A stretch of DNA of 64,000 bases, from the NCBI GenBank assembly GCA_951406725.2, contig OX597818.1:105400001-105464000 (forward strand). The letters are read 5' to 3'. The position numbers and the translations under genes were made by a program. Below are positions 50,469-64,000 of the stretch, one piece after another; position 1 is the first letter of the stretch; each line of letters begins with the position of its first letter. Origin of the DNA: Octopus vulgaris. Taxonomy: Eukaryota. The notes under the pieces were generated by a model. The model searched no databases. It was not told the DNA's origin and worked only from the letters and a program-made list of their open reading frames with translations.

Positions 50469-50650
50469 GTATGTGGGCATGCAATAAAAGACCTAGTTTA
50501 AAATACATTTTCAAACTGGACCCATTCACTATAGGTATGAGGCATGCTTCTTATACATCTAGTGTCTACTGTAAAATAAAGTCAACTAACAAATTAGGAT
50601 TACACCAAGACAAACCAATGGATTAAAGAATGAAACAGGATACTAGAAAT
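50469..50650 (-). ncRNA. Candidate intronic box H/ACA-like structured RNA
   Basis: Hairpin (TCTAGT/ACTAGA) - ATAAGA (ANANNA) - hairpin (GCATGC/GCATGC, ACCTA/TAGGT) - CC-ACA-TAC; 100% identical copy at 8309-8490; folded by eye only. Confidence 0.35.
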
Positions 50651-53600
50651 GGCTTCTGCAGCAGAGATCCTCACAGAGTGAAATAGATGTACAATGTAAA
50701 ATCTTACTTACATTGTAAAATATAGATGAAGAAAAAAATTTTTCCCCCTTTTTTATCTTATATTTAAAAGTTGGCAAAGAATTGTTCCATGATAAAAGAA
50801 GTATTTACAAAGATATTCTACTGAATAATGTTAACATTTTTTAACATTGCTGAAATGAATAAGTTAAAAATAATATTTCTGAAAAAAGGAAAAGGATAAA
50901 TAAAAAAAAAATGTAACCAAAAGTAATATTTTTTCTTCTCTTTTTGCTTTCTTTCCCTTCTTTTTTATTAACCTTTTTTTCTGAAATTTATTATGTTAAA
51001 TTGTTGAGAACACAGGAGAAATAAAAAAGAAAATTCTTTTTCTTTCTCACACACAGAATAATTCATTCATATCACATATTTTCTTCTGAATAATTTCATA
51101 GTAATAAATACTTTGCATGGGTTTTCTTAAATTCTGAGAAATTAATTACAGGTGCACCAACAACATTATCACCCGGACAACAGATTTGTATCAATGTCAC
51201 TATGCACCAATCAACCAAATATTAGATGGGGGTGGAGACTCCAGAAATTGCATTTTAATATTTTGAGCCATGATAGCATTTTCACTGACCTCAAAATGTA
51301 TGTGCATGAAAGTGCATAACCATAAATTTTGGCTTTAAAAAGCCCTCATTCAAAGTACACATGCATACATTGCAAATGAAATTACACTTGCATATCCTTG
51401 TCACTTTGGCTATAAACACAAATAATATGATAGAAAGAAATTGAAAATAAAGTTTTAAATCACCCAAAACAGAAAAGCTGATTTTTTTCTCTCTTCTAAA
51501 GAGAAAAACTATTTTCAAAAGATGAAAATAATTTTAACCTGTAATTCACAGGCGCTGAAAGAAGAGAACTATTGTAGAAAGAAATTTAAAATAGAATTAT
51601 GCAATCCATTGTGTTTTCTGAATGTAATAGCAGCATCTTCAGCTTTTAGTTTTTCGTTGATTTGATGGATGTAAGAAATTCTCTGATGACAAAGAAAAAA
51701 GGAAGTTTGCTTGAAAAAGTAATTCAGATTTCAGTAATGTACTAGCTGTGTGACCAACTCCTGTTGATAGCACATAACTAAAAACAAGTATGGACCTGCT
51801 TTACATATTTAAAATTCCTCATTTTCTTATGGTTTTTATCACACTATATAGCTTGGAACAGTTTTCTGATTTGCCAGCTCCTGTGAAACTGTCCTACCAT
51901 TACCAGCATGGAAAACAGATGTTATTTTTTTTTCTTCCCCTTTTGAAAATTTAGATACTTGCTTATTATTTACAGTTGGGTACTTTCCTAACACCAACTA
52001 ATTAGCACTAGTTAAGCAGACAATGAGACTAGTATAGTCCAGAGATACAATGAGTATATAGGAATGAAATGTGAATATATGGTTAGTTCCTTAACCTCAA
52101 TCATATTGCTACATAACGATGCTGATATTCAATGAAAAATAGGAATAAAATTATTCAATTCCAATTATTCTGATGTCAGAGGTAATAAATTTCTTATGAC
52201 TTACTTTTATTTCTCTTTCTTTTATTTAATGCATGTTTATTGAAAAAAAAAAAAGAAAAGCTTCGTAAAAAACATATAGAAAAAGTAAAGAGTGATATGA
52301 ATGAGTAACAAGAAATTCTCCTGATTACGGAAATAATTCTGGACACTGTACATGCCAACAAAAGTAAGGCTGTGTGAAGTGTCTTTACCTGGAGACAGAT
52401 TTCTAATGCGTTGTTAAAAAAAAAAAAAAGGTGGACCTCAGGTTAATGTGGGAAACATTTTTGTGTAGAAATGGGCATTGCATATTTGATGATTGCTACC
52501 TAAAGCATACTGGAAACCTCAATGAAATGGGAAAATTAACTTGATCTGTCATGCTGATTTTGAAAATCACTATTTAATAATAGTAACAACCAGTTAACTT
52601 ATTTATATCCCGACACCTTTTTTGCCTACATAAAAGAAGAGGAGTTTGCTACTTTAAAATTATTAAGAAATTACAAATTTTTTTTATAAATCCAAGAACC
52701 ATTTTTCATATTCCTATAAGATGTGTGGCATATCAGTAAATAATACAAATCTCAACCAATAATGGTATATATATATATCACAGTGGTATTCATGAGTTTA
52801 TAATTTTCATTACCAGACATCAAGCTGAAGCAGTAAAATTTTAATGGTGTATTTCATTAATTTAACAAGGAAGCTTCCTTTCATTGCTGAGATCTAGAAC
52901 AAAAATATTTCAGATTGCAGTTTAGTCTTCGAAAGTCATTCATATAAATCTACTGTTCAGCTATGCATTTGCTTCATTTCAGGATGGATAAAATAATAAC
53001 TGTTATTTATATCAATACAAAACACGCATAAGGCGTACCTTTATTTGATATTAATGTCTTTGATTTTGTATGATATATATATAAAATGTTTTACAATCAG
53101 GTCCAACTACTTCTATTTTATGTAGGTAATAATGAACTAAATCATTAGATACTAAAGCCAGGGCTGGAATATATTCAAGTCACACAAGATTTATGCCTTT
53201 ACCTAAAATTATCACTCACTAATCAGGTCTTGCAAAAATTATTGGTTTTATTTTATCACCTTTATAGAAATCTCAAAAATATAAATGAATAAAATAAAAA
53301 GATCTGTAAAGGGGGTCATTAAAGAAAATGGATTTAATTAATAAAAAAAGATATGTTATGGTTATCAAGAAGAAAAAAAAAAAAGAATAAATATGTAACC
53401 CAATTTTTCCTGTTTACCTTCAATGTTTTGAATAAAATTCTCCAATTGAATTTTATACTCCTGAATAGTAGGATTTATTTTAATGTATCTAATTTCCAAA
53501 GAATTTGCCATCAATAGCATTAAAAATAACATTTATCAATTAGGTAAGGAAAATAAACTGCAAGCCTCAATTATTGTAATTTTTCTGCAATTCTTAAGCA

Positions 53601-56600
53601 ACTCTCAACAAAACATGAATAAATTCAACTCTATTTTAATCAAGGGCTTCACTGAAAATAAAATGCATCCAAGAAAATGGTTTTACAGAAATTTATGAGA
53701 TTTCACCCTTGATTACTTAAAAGTCGCTATCAGTGATATTAATGTATCAAAAGTTATTAATCTTATAAACAACTTTTCTCCATAATTTTGTTCAAATGTG
53801 TTTATTTATACTCATATATGTATGTATATTTACACACTAAAGTGTATTTTGCCTCAAACCAATTGCATTTGTTAATGGATGGAGAATAAAATGGTGACTG
53901 AAGAAAATATGCTGTTGCTATAGGAAAACAAACTGTTACATGGCAGGCAACATGATACTAACTACTTGATGTAAATTTTGGGTGGAATTGAAGAACATAG
54001 ATTAATTGTAGTAGCATGCACACAGAGATGGACCGATCAAATCACTACAACTTATTGTAACACTACCATGACAATTCAAACTGATTGCAGACAACAGAAA
54101 AGACAAAACAATAAAAAGAGAAAGATACTAACATGCAAACAGTCAGGTTAACATTTTGTAATAGCCAGAAGCGTTTCCAATACTCAATCTCGAAGCAAAC
54201 ATACACAAATATAGTTATGTCCATATGAAATATTGGTTTGTTTGTAGTATTTTTTCCTCATCTTCCATTTGAAAGTAGGAAGTACCTAGGTATTTTCTTT
54301 GTAGCTTATACTAGCAGACCAAAAAATTTTCCAACTGAAACAAGCAGGAATAGTTATACAAAAATGACCTATATCTAAACTATATTGGTGAAATGATTTA
54401 CTTCAATATGTTCATTAAAAAAAAGACCCTTAAGAACCTGAAATAAAACATCACCAAAACACAAAGACAAAATCTGACATATGGTAGGTTACTAATAAAA
54501 CTGATAGAGCTAAACATCAGCTAAATCTTTGTTGTAACTGTTTAAAAGTTTAAAAAATAGCTATGTATTAATATTTCTGTTAACATTTTTCTCATATAAA
54601 TAGGAACAAATATTTAACAGAAATCCTTTTTAGAAAGATGGATAAAAAAAAAAATCAAATATGCAAATTAACAGCAAAACTAACTGAAATATATAAACAT
54701 AGCAAGATATATTTAGCATGCAGTATTGGTTAGGAAATAGCTGGTGTTTCAGTAACCACGCCTTCCCCCGATCAACTAATTTTTATATCAATTTGCAAAG
54801 ATCAAACATTAACAAAAAAAAATTAAATAAAAACAAATGAATCACTTGACTTTAAAAATGATTGTGTATATCATTAAATAAAATATTTTCACTGTATACG
54901 TTATATTAATCATATTATAGTTAACTTAGTTATAACATGATTAAACTAAATGAAAGCAAAATTCAGTAAACTGTGTACACCACTAACAAAATCAGTGCAA
55001 ATTCTTGATATTATTTCCACCATCCTTTTTAACCTGAACTAAAGCAATTCCTTACATGGTCATTTGTGTTGTTAGAAAATGCAACTAAATTTCTCTCAAA
55101 CCATACTTTAAGAATTCTTTAAAAACAGGAAAATATAGCAATGTAATTCTTATGTATGGTCTGGCATAGAAGATGAGATGGTCAAGACTAAAATACCTTT
55201 AATCAGAAGTACTCAACTATGAACTGAGCACGAGTTAAACACTACCTAGTCTAAAAGGAGCAAGAAACTGTATTTTAGTTTGTTCTTTCTTCCATTTGTA
55301 ACAAAGAAAACAGCATTTCAGAAGCAGTATCAAACTAGCAGACTCAGAGTTACACATTCAAACCCAACTTGCGAATATCCACTATAATAAAAGTTTATGA
55401 ATGAGATTTCCTCAACAACAGGAATTTCCACAACCATTGCAAAATATATATAACTGGAATATGAGCCACCAACACCTACCTGTCTACCCAAGAAGCTGAT
55501 CTGGGCTCAGAAGTGTAGTACAATTCTAAAAATTAAATTTAAGCTAAACAAAACTTTAAATATTATCATCTTCAAGGCACAGTTAAATAGAGAAATTTTG
55601 CATGTGGGTCTGTTTTTACATCCTTTGTTGTTACAAAAACCACACAACACAATAAAGAGCTGAAGAGAAAGCCCCTAAGTGGTTGCTTGAGCTGCTAGAA
55701 ATTGCAGCAAAACATCCTTCAAACAAACAAAAAAAGAAAAAATAGACATATTGGATAACATAATAGATGTAATATATCTGAAAACAAGATGGGATAGTTA
55801 TGATTGAAGGACATTTGATCACAGACCATGGTTGGCATAGAAAGAAACAACATGAAAAGTTAGAGGGGTATCAATTGAATTACACAATTAATGATAGGAC
55901 ATAATTGCTATATTGAGTATATTAAACTGTTTCATAATAAATTAACAAAATACCACTAAATACACATCTTATAACTTGTTTGTGTGTGAATATATACTCA
56001 CACACACACACACACACACACATGTGCATGTGTATTTGTGTGTACCCTTGCCTTCACATTATGTGATGGTTGTAAATGAATACTACCATTACACAAATGT
56101 TTGCTTTCAGTTTTCCATGAAAAACGTCTGGCCATGATGAAATATTACCTTGCTTAGAAATGGGTGAGGTGGGTGAAAGAAAGGGCATCTGATTACAGAA
56201 AAACTACCTCAACAAATTCCATCTGACCCATGCATGCATAGAAAAGTGGACATTAAATGATGATGATGCTGACCAACAGTTAGTCGGAGTATTTTATAGA
56301 TTGCTTTTCAGTATTTGTTCTAGCTCCTTGTATATTGAGTTTAAATCCTGCTATGGTCAACTATGCCTTTCTTTTCAGGACCTATAAAGTACCAGTCCTG
56401 TACTGAAGTTGATTCATCCCAATCTTTCTACCTGGAAGAATGTGGCTATGAACAGACCCAGAAAGAGATGATCACCACTAAGTTTAAAATTGCAAGAAAC
56501 ATTGTCATGATAGTACTCTTACTCTATCAGAGGCTGAGGAACCAAAGCTAAGCAAGTTGTAAAAATATATGTTGACAGGATCACTTAGCCACTCTTACTC

Positions 56601-59600
56601 ATAGTAACATAAGCACAGAAGAGGAACTCCATAATCAGATGTACAGGGTCGCTAAAAATGGCTTCTGAGAAAGAATATTTGGTACCTTCCATTGGCTAGT
56701 TCAGGTTACATGAATAGCTTGAAAAAATAGCAACAACATAATTTTGTTTATTTTCATAAGGTAGAGGAGGAGACAGTCAGGTGATGCTACATGGTTCGCA
56801 GCAAGTAGGATTTGACAATGTAGTGACATCAAATAGTGATGGGATGAATTAAAGCTGTTCCACATGGCAATGTAACTGGTCTGGTGGTGTCAGATGACTT
56901 ATCAGTAAGCAACTGGGTTCTGGAAGGCCATGTTAATGGTATGCAGAAAATAAAAAAATTTCACTATAGACAAGCAGAGATTGGTTACTCTGCAATTATT
57001 CCAGGTTTTCAACAACCAAGGGTTCAAAGTTAATTAATGATGGAGGCCCATTATAATTAACAAGATGTATCTTTGATGATAACAAAACAACAGATCAGTT
57101 TTCCGGTTGACAGATACCGCAAGACGTTGCAATATATGATTTTTTTTTTTTTTTTACAGAGGCAGAGTTCACAACAATGTCCTCTAAGTAATTACGGAAG
57201 GATGCAATGTTGGAGAAGCTGTTCCTTGATCCAGGGTCTCCAGATAAGACAGAAATTTCCATGTCCCTAAACCTGACAGAGTACATTTGTTGTGTAAATC
57301 TTCCCTTGGAATCAAACTTACATGGTCACAAAGCATCTTGTGATGCCATCAGATGCTGTGAGTAAATCTGGAAATAATAGTCTTTGACATACAGCATCCC
57401 CGAGCAGTCAGTCTTTGTAGGTGCATGCATTTTTTCTGTTATAGTGTACAATATTATCTGAGCATGAGTAAGGTCACTTTAATATTACAGACATTATGAG
57501 TTTATGACAAATATGGATGTTTGAGAAATGCTGTTGAAATAGGGTCAGGAAGCTTCTAGCTATATTAGCAGATACATCTAATGTTGAATGGAACATTGAC
57601 ATGGCACATGTATATCATAACTCATACACTGTTCACTTTACTGACGTTTGTACATAATTTTATGTACTATACATACACCCTTGATGAGTTGTAGGGTAAA
57701 TTTCATTATTATACACACACACACATAAACATTTACATACACACACTTGAGGGTAAAAAGGCTGCACAGGCTGGTATTCATTTTCAGTTGAGTAAACAGG
57801 AACATGAAATAAATTGTCTTGCTCAAGAAAAAAATGAACCAACCAAAAACAGACTCAAACCAATGACCTTATGATGATGAGCTCAATATGCTAATCACCA
57901 GGCTATGCACCATGTGTGTGTGTGCATGGTAGCAAAACATAAGCTTTGAATGCAGAGGATGTATGATGATTAGAATGAAATATGAAGTGGACATGCCCCA
58001 TTGTATATGTACTATTAGTGTACACGAACAAGAGAAAATCAGAACATAAGAGGAAATTGATGTAAAAGAGAAAAGACAGCAATGGTAGGAGCATGTTATA
58101 TATATGAATGAGAACAACTGCATAAAAAAGTGCCACATGTTCAAAGGAAAAGAACTTCAGAAGAAAGAGACAAAGGAAGACATGGGACAATGTGGGAAAG
58201 ACTGATTAAAGTTGTTGCTTCTCAATAAGATAAAGGATTGCAATGTCTAGTAACTCAATGTAGGAAATAACTTGATTACTTGTACAAGTTTGTTTTGCAC
58301 ATATAGGTACAGTAAGAGAGACTAGTTAAGAAGCTTGCTTCAGAATCACACAGTCCTGGGTACAATCTCATTGCATATCTTAGACAAGAGCAATTTTATA
58401 TAGCCATTGGGCAAACTGAAATTGTGTTGACACCAGTGAATGGATTGTACCTATATTAAAAGGGCCTGCTTTGCTATATTGTGTCATGTTGATTCCCTCC
58501 AAGAACTACACATTATTTCAATGAGCTTGGAAGCTCAGAAAGAAATTGACAGATGCATTAAGGCATATACTGTTCTGTGTGTAGACAGATAGATAAATAT
58601 AGATACATATACACACATTTATATATACATATTTACAAATACAAGTCAACAGTGACTTGAAGTTTGTTGGCCAACAAACAACAAAATTTTGAATTTCCTG
58701 AGAACTTTTCCTTGTAAATCACCACTTAAATGTACTGAGTGATCCTTCCAGCTGCTTTTATGGATAACTATGCATAAAAGGAAACATTATCTCTTTCCTG
58801 ATCAGTACAAGCCTCACCACCAATACCATTCACACACACTGTTCACATTATAAAGTGGTTTGTTGAATGAGCAGTGGTAGTGCAGGGTTATGAGGTCTCT
58901 CTAGTTCAGCCTCATCAAGGACTATTAAACCTCTTCAGTGTAGGTGCCATGAGAAAGTGCACCCTGGAAAGTGGTTAGTATTAGGCAGGGCATCCAGCCA
59001 TAGAAACCAAGCAAAATGACACATACCACTAGCAATAGCTCCTAATGGGAAGGGACTAAGACCGTGATGACCTGTCCAACCTATGCCAGCAGGGAGGCAG
59101 ACATAAAAATGATGATGGTCTGAATTGCACACATGTTGAATGTGTAGAAAATGTTTTGTTAGAATTAAATTGTTTGCAGCAATAAATATGCAGTTCTTTG
59201 TTCTATTTAATTTTGTATATATTTTTCATTTCATTTCAGATACATCTCTGAAGATGTAATGTTTTTAGGCTTGTATGGTTTGAGAAATTTTTGAGAATTT
59301 CTTGTTCATTATAGAACAGAAGGTTATAAAATCTCTTTAGCATATTGCACTTCTCTGATGACTCTTTTGTTCAACTGCCAATTCTTCCTTTTCTTTGGCT
59401 GCATGTTTTAACTGAAGTTTGCTTTACACCTTCTTCCCTTCCCCATCCCAAATATATTGTTTCCACTGTAAATCATTTACAGGATATGAAAATACAAAAA
59501 ACTGTCATATTTCCCACAACTTGTTTCCCTATTTCTTTTTGTCTGGCTTTCTATTGCTTCTACTATTATACATTTGTTCATAAACATCTTTTGATTTACC

Positions 59601-62600
59601 TTCTCTTCCATTCACTTCCTTTCTCTCAGTTCAACCATTGTGCTTGTATTACCGTCACTTTATGATTAATACTTCTATCAACCATTATATTTACTTAATC
59701 TGTTTGTGTATTTAAATAACAAAATATTCAATTTTGTAGGTCTCAATGTCACCAAAAGTTTAAAACTGTTTAAGCCAGCAAGTCTTTTAAAGAAAAATAG
59801 GAATGTGTTTTGAATAAACAGCAATTAGTTTATTTCATGTTAAGTATGATGATAAACATATTCCTATACATACACATTATTGTCTGAGAAGGTAAATATG
59901 AGAGAGAGATAAAGTGAAAGATTAATGAAAATCTGAAGAAAAAGAGTTTAATGTCACAAACAGACATGTTTTAGGCTTCTGTACCTCCCACCAAACACTC
60001 CTCAACTGCCTGTCTTCTCTCAACTCCTACATTACAACACTTAGTGTTTCTCCATATCTTTTCTTGACTTATCTCTGTTCCACATATGAACCAGTTTGTA
60101 AAATTTGGTAAAGATTTGTTGAGATATGATGTTATTTCGAAACCAACTGAAACTGAATGACCTGAGACTATAGTAGAAGATACTTGTCCCAGGTGCTGCA
60201 CATATATACATACACATATCTATGTATATATATATATATCTTCACAGCTCATGCTGGCATGAGAACACACACACAAATGGTAACTCAGAACAAGACAAAA
60301 AAAAAATTACCAGACCAAAAACAGCCCCTGAAAAAGGCAAACACTTTCAACTAGATACATGAAAGAAATGGGATTTAATTAAATAACCATCAGCCCTAAT
60401 ATGACTGTGGAAACAACTGCATATTAGAATGTGGTGGTTTCCACCTATGCTACCCACAACAACAAGCCCCAAGTTTTTGACTGTGGGGCTTCCAGCCAGT
60501 AACACCTCAATGATGTTCCAAACACATCAGTTCAGGAGATTGAAACCAGAAAAGCCAGGAGACAATTTGGCATGGACTGGGGAAGGAAAGAATGTATGAT
60601 CATACAACTCGCCTGAGTTTTCCTTGACATGAAAAGGCCTCTACTTGCTATGTAAGACTTGTACCTGATGTCCTCATGTGGAATGCACTGGAGAGTAGGC
60701 TCTACCATTTCAAGTAGCAGTAAAATAGTCCAAAAAGACTGAGTAGTGTTGTTGTTCATGGCTGGAACCAGCCTGATAATGTCTGACAACTGAGAATATA
60801 TTTTCCTATGACCACAGATAACATGTTCCCACCAAAAACCACCAGTTCCTTTCTGACTACAAACATGAAGGCCACATTGAATAAGCTAAAAATTTCTGAG
60901 TTGCAGTGGTTGGCAGCTAGAAACATGAGCACTGTGTGCCATTTCATTTCCAGTGTAAGATTGTAATCTGTTACATTGGTGCTGATGATAAACCTGTAAG
61001 AGAAATGAGGAGTTAAAATTTGGTACATGCCATATAACATTACAAGGTTTTCTTCCATTTATGGCCAGCAAAAGCTTTTTTACAAGCACTTAGTACATTC
61101 TTTGTTTGTGTGTGTGTGCACGCGCGCGTATATTACATACCATAAATAATGCTGAATATTCACATTTAGTACCTTGCACCCACAATGTATATTGGTTCAA
61201 CATAAAAAGTACAATTACTGTAAAAGACATCTCATATGAGAAAATGAAGGTGAAAACTAATGGAAAACTATATAAGCAAAGAAATTACAAGATTAACTAA
61301 TGTGACAAACCGATGGAGAGCTGTAAGGCAAATATGAACAAGAATATATAATGTTGGAAATTTTCTAATACAACATAATGTTAGTATAATAATTTAACCA
61401 TATAAAAGAGTAAAGCTGGAACACAAGACCCGCCCAAATGGCTATCAACCATTCCAACTCCAAATACCTCACAATGAAAGGAAGCCTTCCAGTACATCAT
61501 GTATAAGATATTTGTGGTCTTAATCTTTTCTTACAGGGTCATTGCGCTACAATGATATAACATGAGAAATTTCCCATCAACTGAACCTCCACTCTTGTTT
61601 ATCAATCACTACATTCACCTCTACCCCCATCTTTAACCATCTATTATTCTCCTTTCACACTTTTATGAAAATACCCACTCTCTCCTCCTATCCCCTGATC
61701 CACTGTATTCTCTTGTACTCTGAAAATTTGCTCTGACACTCCATCACTATCATCTTTATCTTTTTCAATCTACTCTCACCCACTCCATGTGTGATAGATA
61801 TGTATCTTCTCTATAGCAAGACACCTATCCTTGTCCCTCTATAATATTTTAGCTTTAAACACCTGGCATAAAGCCACCTCTCCTCCTCAAATACCCACAC
61901 TTCCATGTCAGCAGTGGGAGCTTTTTACTTTTTCATTTTACACCTGCTTTTGTTTATCAAGTTACTTTGCAACCTCACTAGTGCTAGAGGTATGGAAAAA
62001 AAAAACACCCAATACTCACTATAAAGTACTTGGTGTTAGGAAGCGCATCCAGCCAACAAACTAAGCCAAAGCTGACACTGGAGCTTGACAAAGTTCTGCA
62101 GTTTGCCAGATCCTGTCAAACTGTCCAATCTATGCCAGCATAGAAAACCGGTCAAATGATGACAATGATGATAATGTTAAACTTGTGTAAAGGAAAATAT
62201 GTGGTAGAATAAACAGCTCCTTATTTAATAAAATTATCCAAAATAAAAGTAAATAACCATAAGAACATGTTTGAAGTGAGGTTACATTATCAAATCTTTC
62301 CAATTAGCCAACATCTCTAAAAAAAAGAAATAAATGCTGTTGAGCACTTAACTACAGCAAGATATACCAACTCACTTCTGAGAAATGAGAAAAACTCATT
62401 AAATTTGTTGCCCTGCATTCCAAAAATGCATCTTGTGCAGGGGTATCTTATCGGTATTGCATTTTTCTGTGTCCTTAAGTTCATTATCATATTTGCTCGT
62501 AAAATATATTCACAGAAGTAAAACATAGAAACAGATAACTTACAACTGTGAACAAAATATAATTAACTATATCAGCAATGAATCGGATCTCTTCAATTGA

Positions 62601-63499
62601 TAGTCCAAGGAATTTAAATGACAATTGTTTAGTCAGAAAAGCGCATTCAAAACAAGTAACATCTGTGCTTTAATAAGAAAACTTCACAGCTTGACAATAT
62701 GGACTATATAGCCATGTGACAGATGCAAGTGCATTAGCAAGGATTATAACATATGATGGATATTTTAAAAAAAGAGATGACATGAAATAATACTTCAAGG
62801 ATGTGAAATACAATATATGGTAATCACAGTTCTTATACAAACATAATGCTTACCTAAATTAATAAAGTAGTCTACCAAATACAATAACATGGCTTAGGTT
62901 GGTCTGGAGAACTATGGCAGAAGACACTTTGCTCAAGGGGTCACATAGTGGGACTAACTTTGAAGCTGGAAAGTGAACTTTACCACAAAGCTATACATAC
63001 ATACACACACATGTAGGTGTGATGCATGTATTATGTGTTTGTGTACATCTACAATTATATAAAAGTTGCCAGGTACAGGCAGTTCTGCCAACAAATCATC
63101 TGTTCCCTTCATGCTTTGAAGCCATATGGGGTAAGAAAACCCTTACTAGATAAACAGATACAGGTTAGCAACAAGAGCATCCTGCTGACAACTGCCTTAA
63201 TAACATTCATCGAACCAATGCAAGCATGGAAAAATGGACATAAAATGAACAAAGGAATACACACACAGGTATATACATACACACACACACAGACAAGTAT
63301 ATATTGAGGGATCCCATAAATAATGCGTTTTTTTTATATTTATTTTATTTTTCAAAATTAAGATTAAAGTTCTTTTTCAATCTAAAATATACTCCTCATT
63401 TTCTACAATGCTTTTCTATCTATTTGGTAGATTCGCAAGTCCCCTTTTACAAAATTCACTTGTCCATGACGAAAAATACTCCTCCAGTACTGTTCTGAC

Positions 63500-64000
63500 C
63501 TCATCTACAAAATTCATATGTTTTTTTGTCCAAATGATTTTGAAGACTACAGAATAAATGATAATTACATGGGGCAATGTCTGACAAATATGGTGGGTGG
63601 GGCATCATTTCCCAGTCAAGCTGCTGCAGCCTTTGGAATGTCATCCTCACTGTATGTGGCCAAGCATTATCCTGTTGAAAGAACACCTTTCGTCATGAAA
63701 CCAAAGATGGTCCTTTTCCTTCTAGTGCTAACTTCACTGAGTGGTTGAATAACCAAATCCAAGCTTCTTTGCTAGTTCTTTAACAGTTACGATAGGATTT
63801 TGCTCCACTAGGGTTTGCAGGACATCCTTGTTGAGCTCTACAGATATTCCAGGACGAAGCTCATCTTTTAGGCTGTAGTTTCTGGCTCCGAATTTCTTGA
63901 ATCACTGGCTTACGCTTGTTGTCCAGTCCCCATATACTGCATTAACATTCCTCGCACTTTCTATTGCGTTGTTGCCTTTATTGAACTCATAAAACAAAAT
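63500..64000 (-). mobile_element. Mariner-type transposase remnant with internal deletion
   Basis: FQQDNAWPH...HPPYLSDIAPCNYHLF catalytic region and N-terminal ILFYEFNKGNNAIESARNV HTH. Confidence 0.9.

Noticed and set aside
50469-51200. Telomerase RNA (H/ACA-type)
   Set aside because: No CCCTAA-type template seen upstream on the same strand
52905-52990. Box C/D snoRNA on minus strand (two CTGA motifs)
   Set aside because: No clean RTGATGA C box, terminal stem or recognisable guide
51300-63400. Further hnRNP 5' exons (SAP domain, start of SPRY) or a nested gene
   Set aside because: No ORF with matching motifs and splice phase was found; the region looks like intron with old SINE/LINE debris, though a small exon could have been missed

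Overview
AT-rich, repeat-dense eukaryotic genomic DNA. The SINE, RTE, Penelope and Helitron repertoire and the (TA)n density suggest a mollusc, most likely an octopod; this is inference. Two host genes converge tail-to-tail. (1) A two-coding-exon Toll-like receptor on + (18340-19558 joined to 20846-22125; 832 aa; signal peptide, LRRs, LRRCT, TM, TIR). (2) The 3' eight coding exons of an hnRNP U/UL1-family gene on - (SPRY, P-loop/AAA, then a single 3.45 kb low-complexity terminal exon); its 5' exons were not found in the window. The rest is mostly decayed Helitron, piggyBac, mariner, RTE, CR1-like and Penelope-like elements and SINEs. Four unannotated structures stand out. (a) At least four distinct type I hammerhead ribozyme folds lie in TA-flanked, often fold-back, Penelope-derived elements, two of them just downstream of the TLR stop. 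(b) A 9 x ~61 bp hairpin-plus-pseudoknot array sits in an RTE 3' UTR. (c) A decayed tandem segmental duplication of the TLR-downstream/hnRNP region occupies the first 9 kb. (d) Within it, a 252 bp core remains 100% identical to its partner in an hnRNP intron and folds like a box H/ACA RNA.
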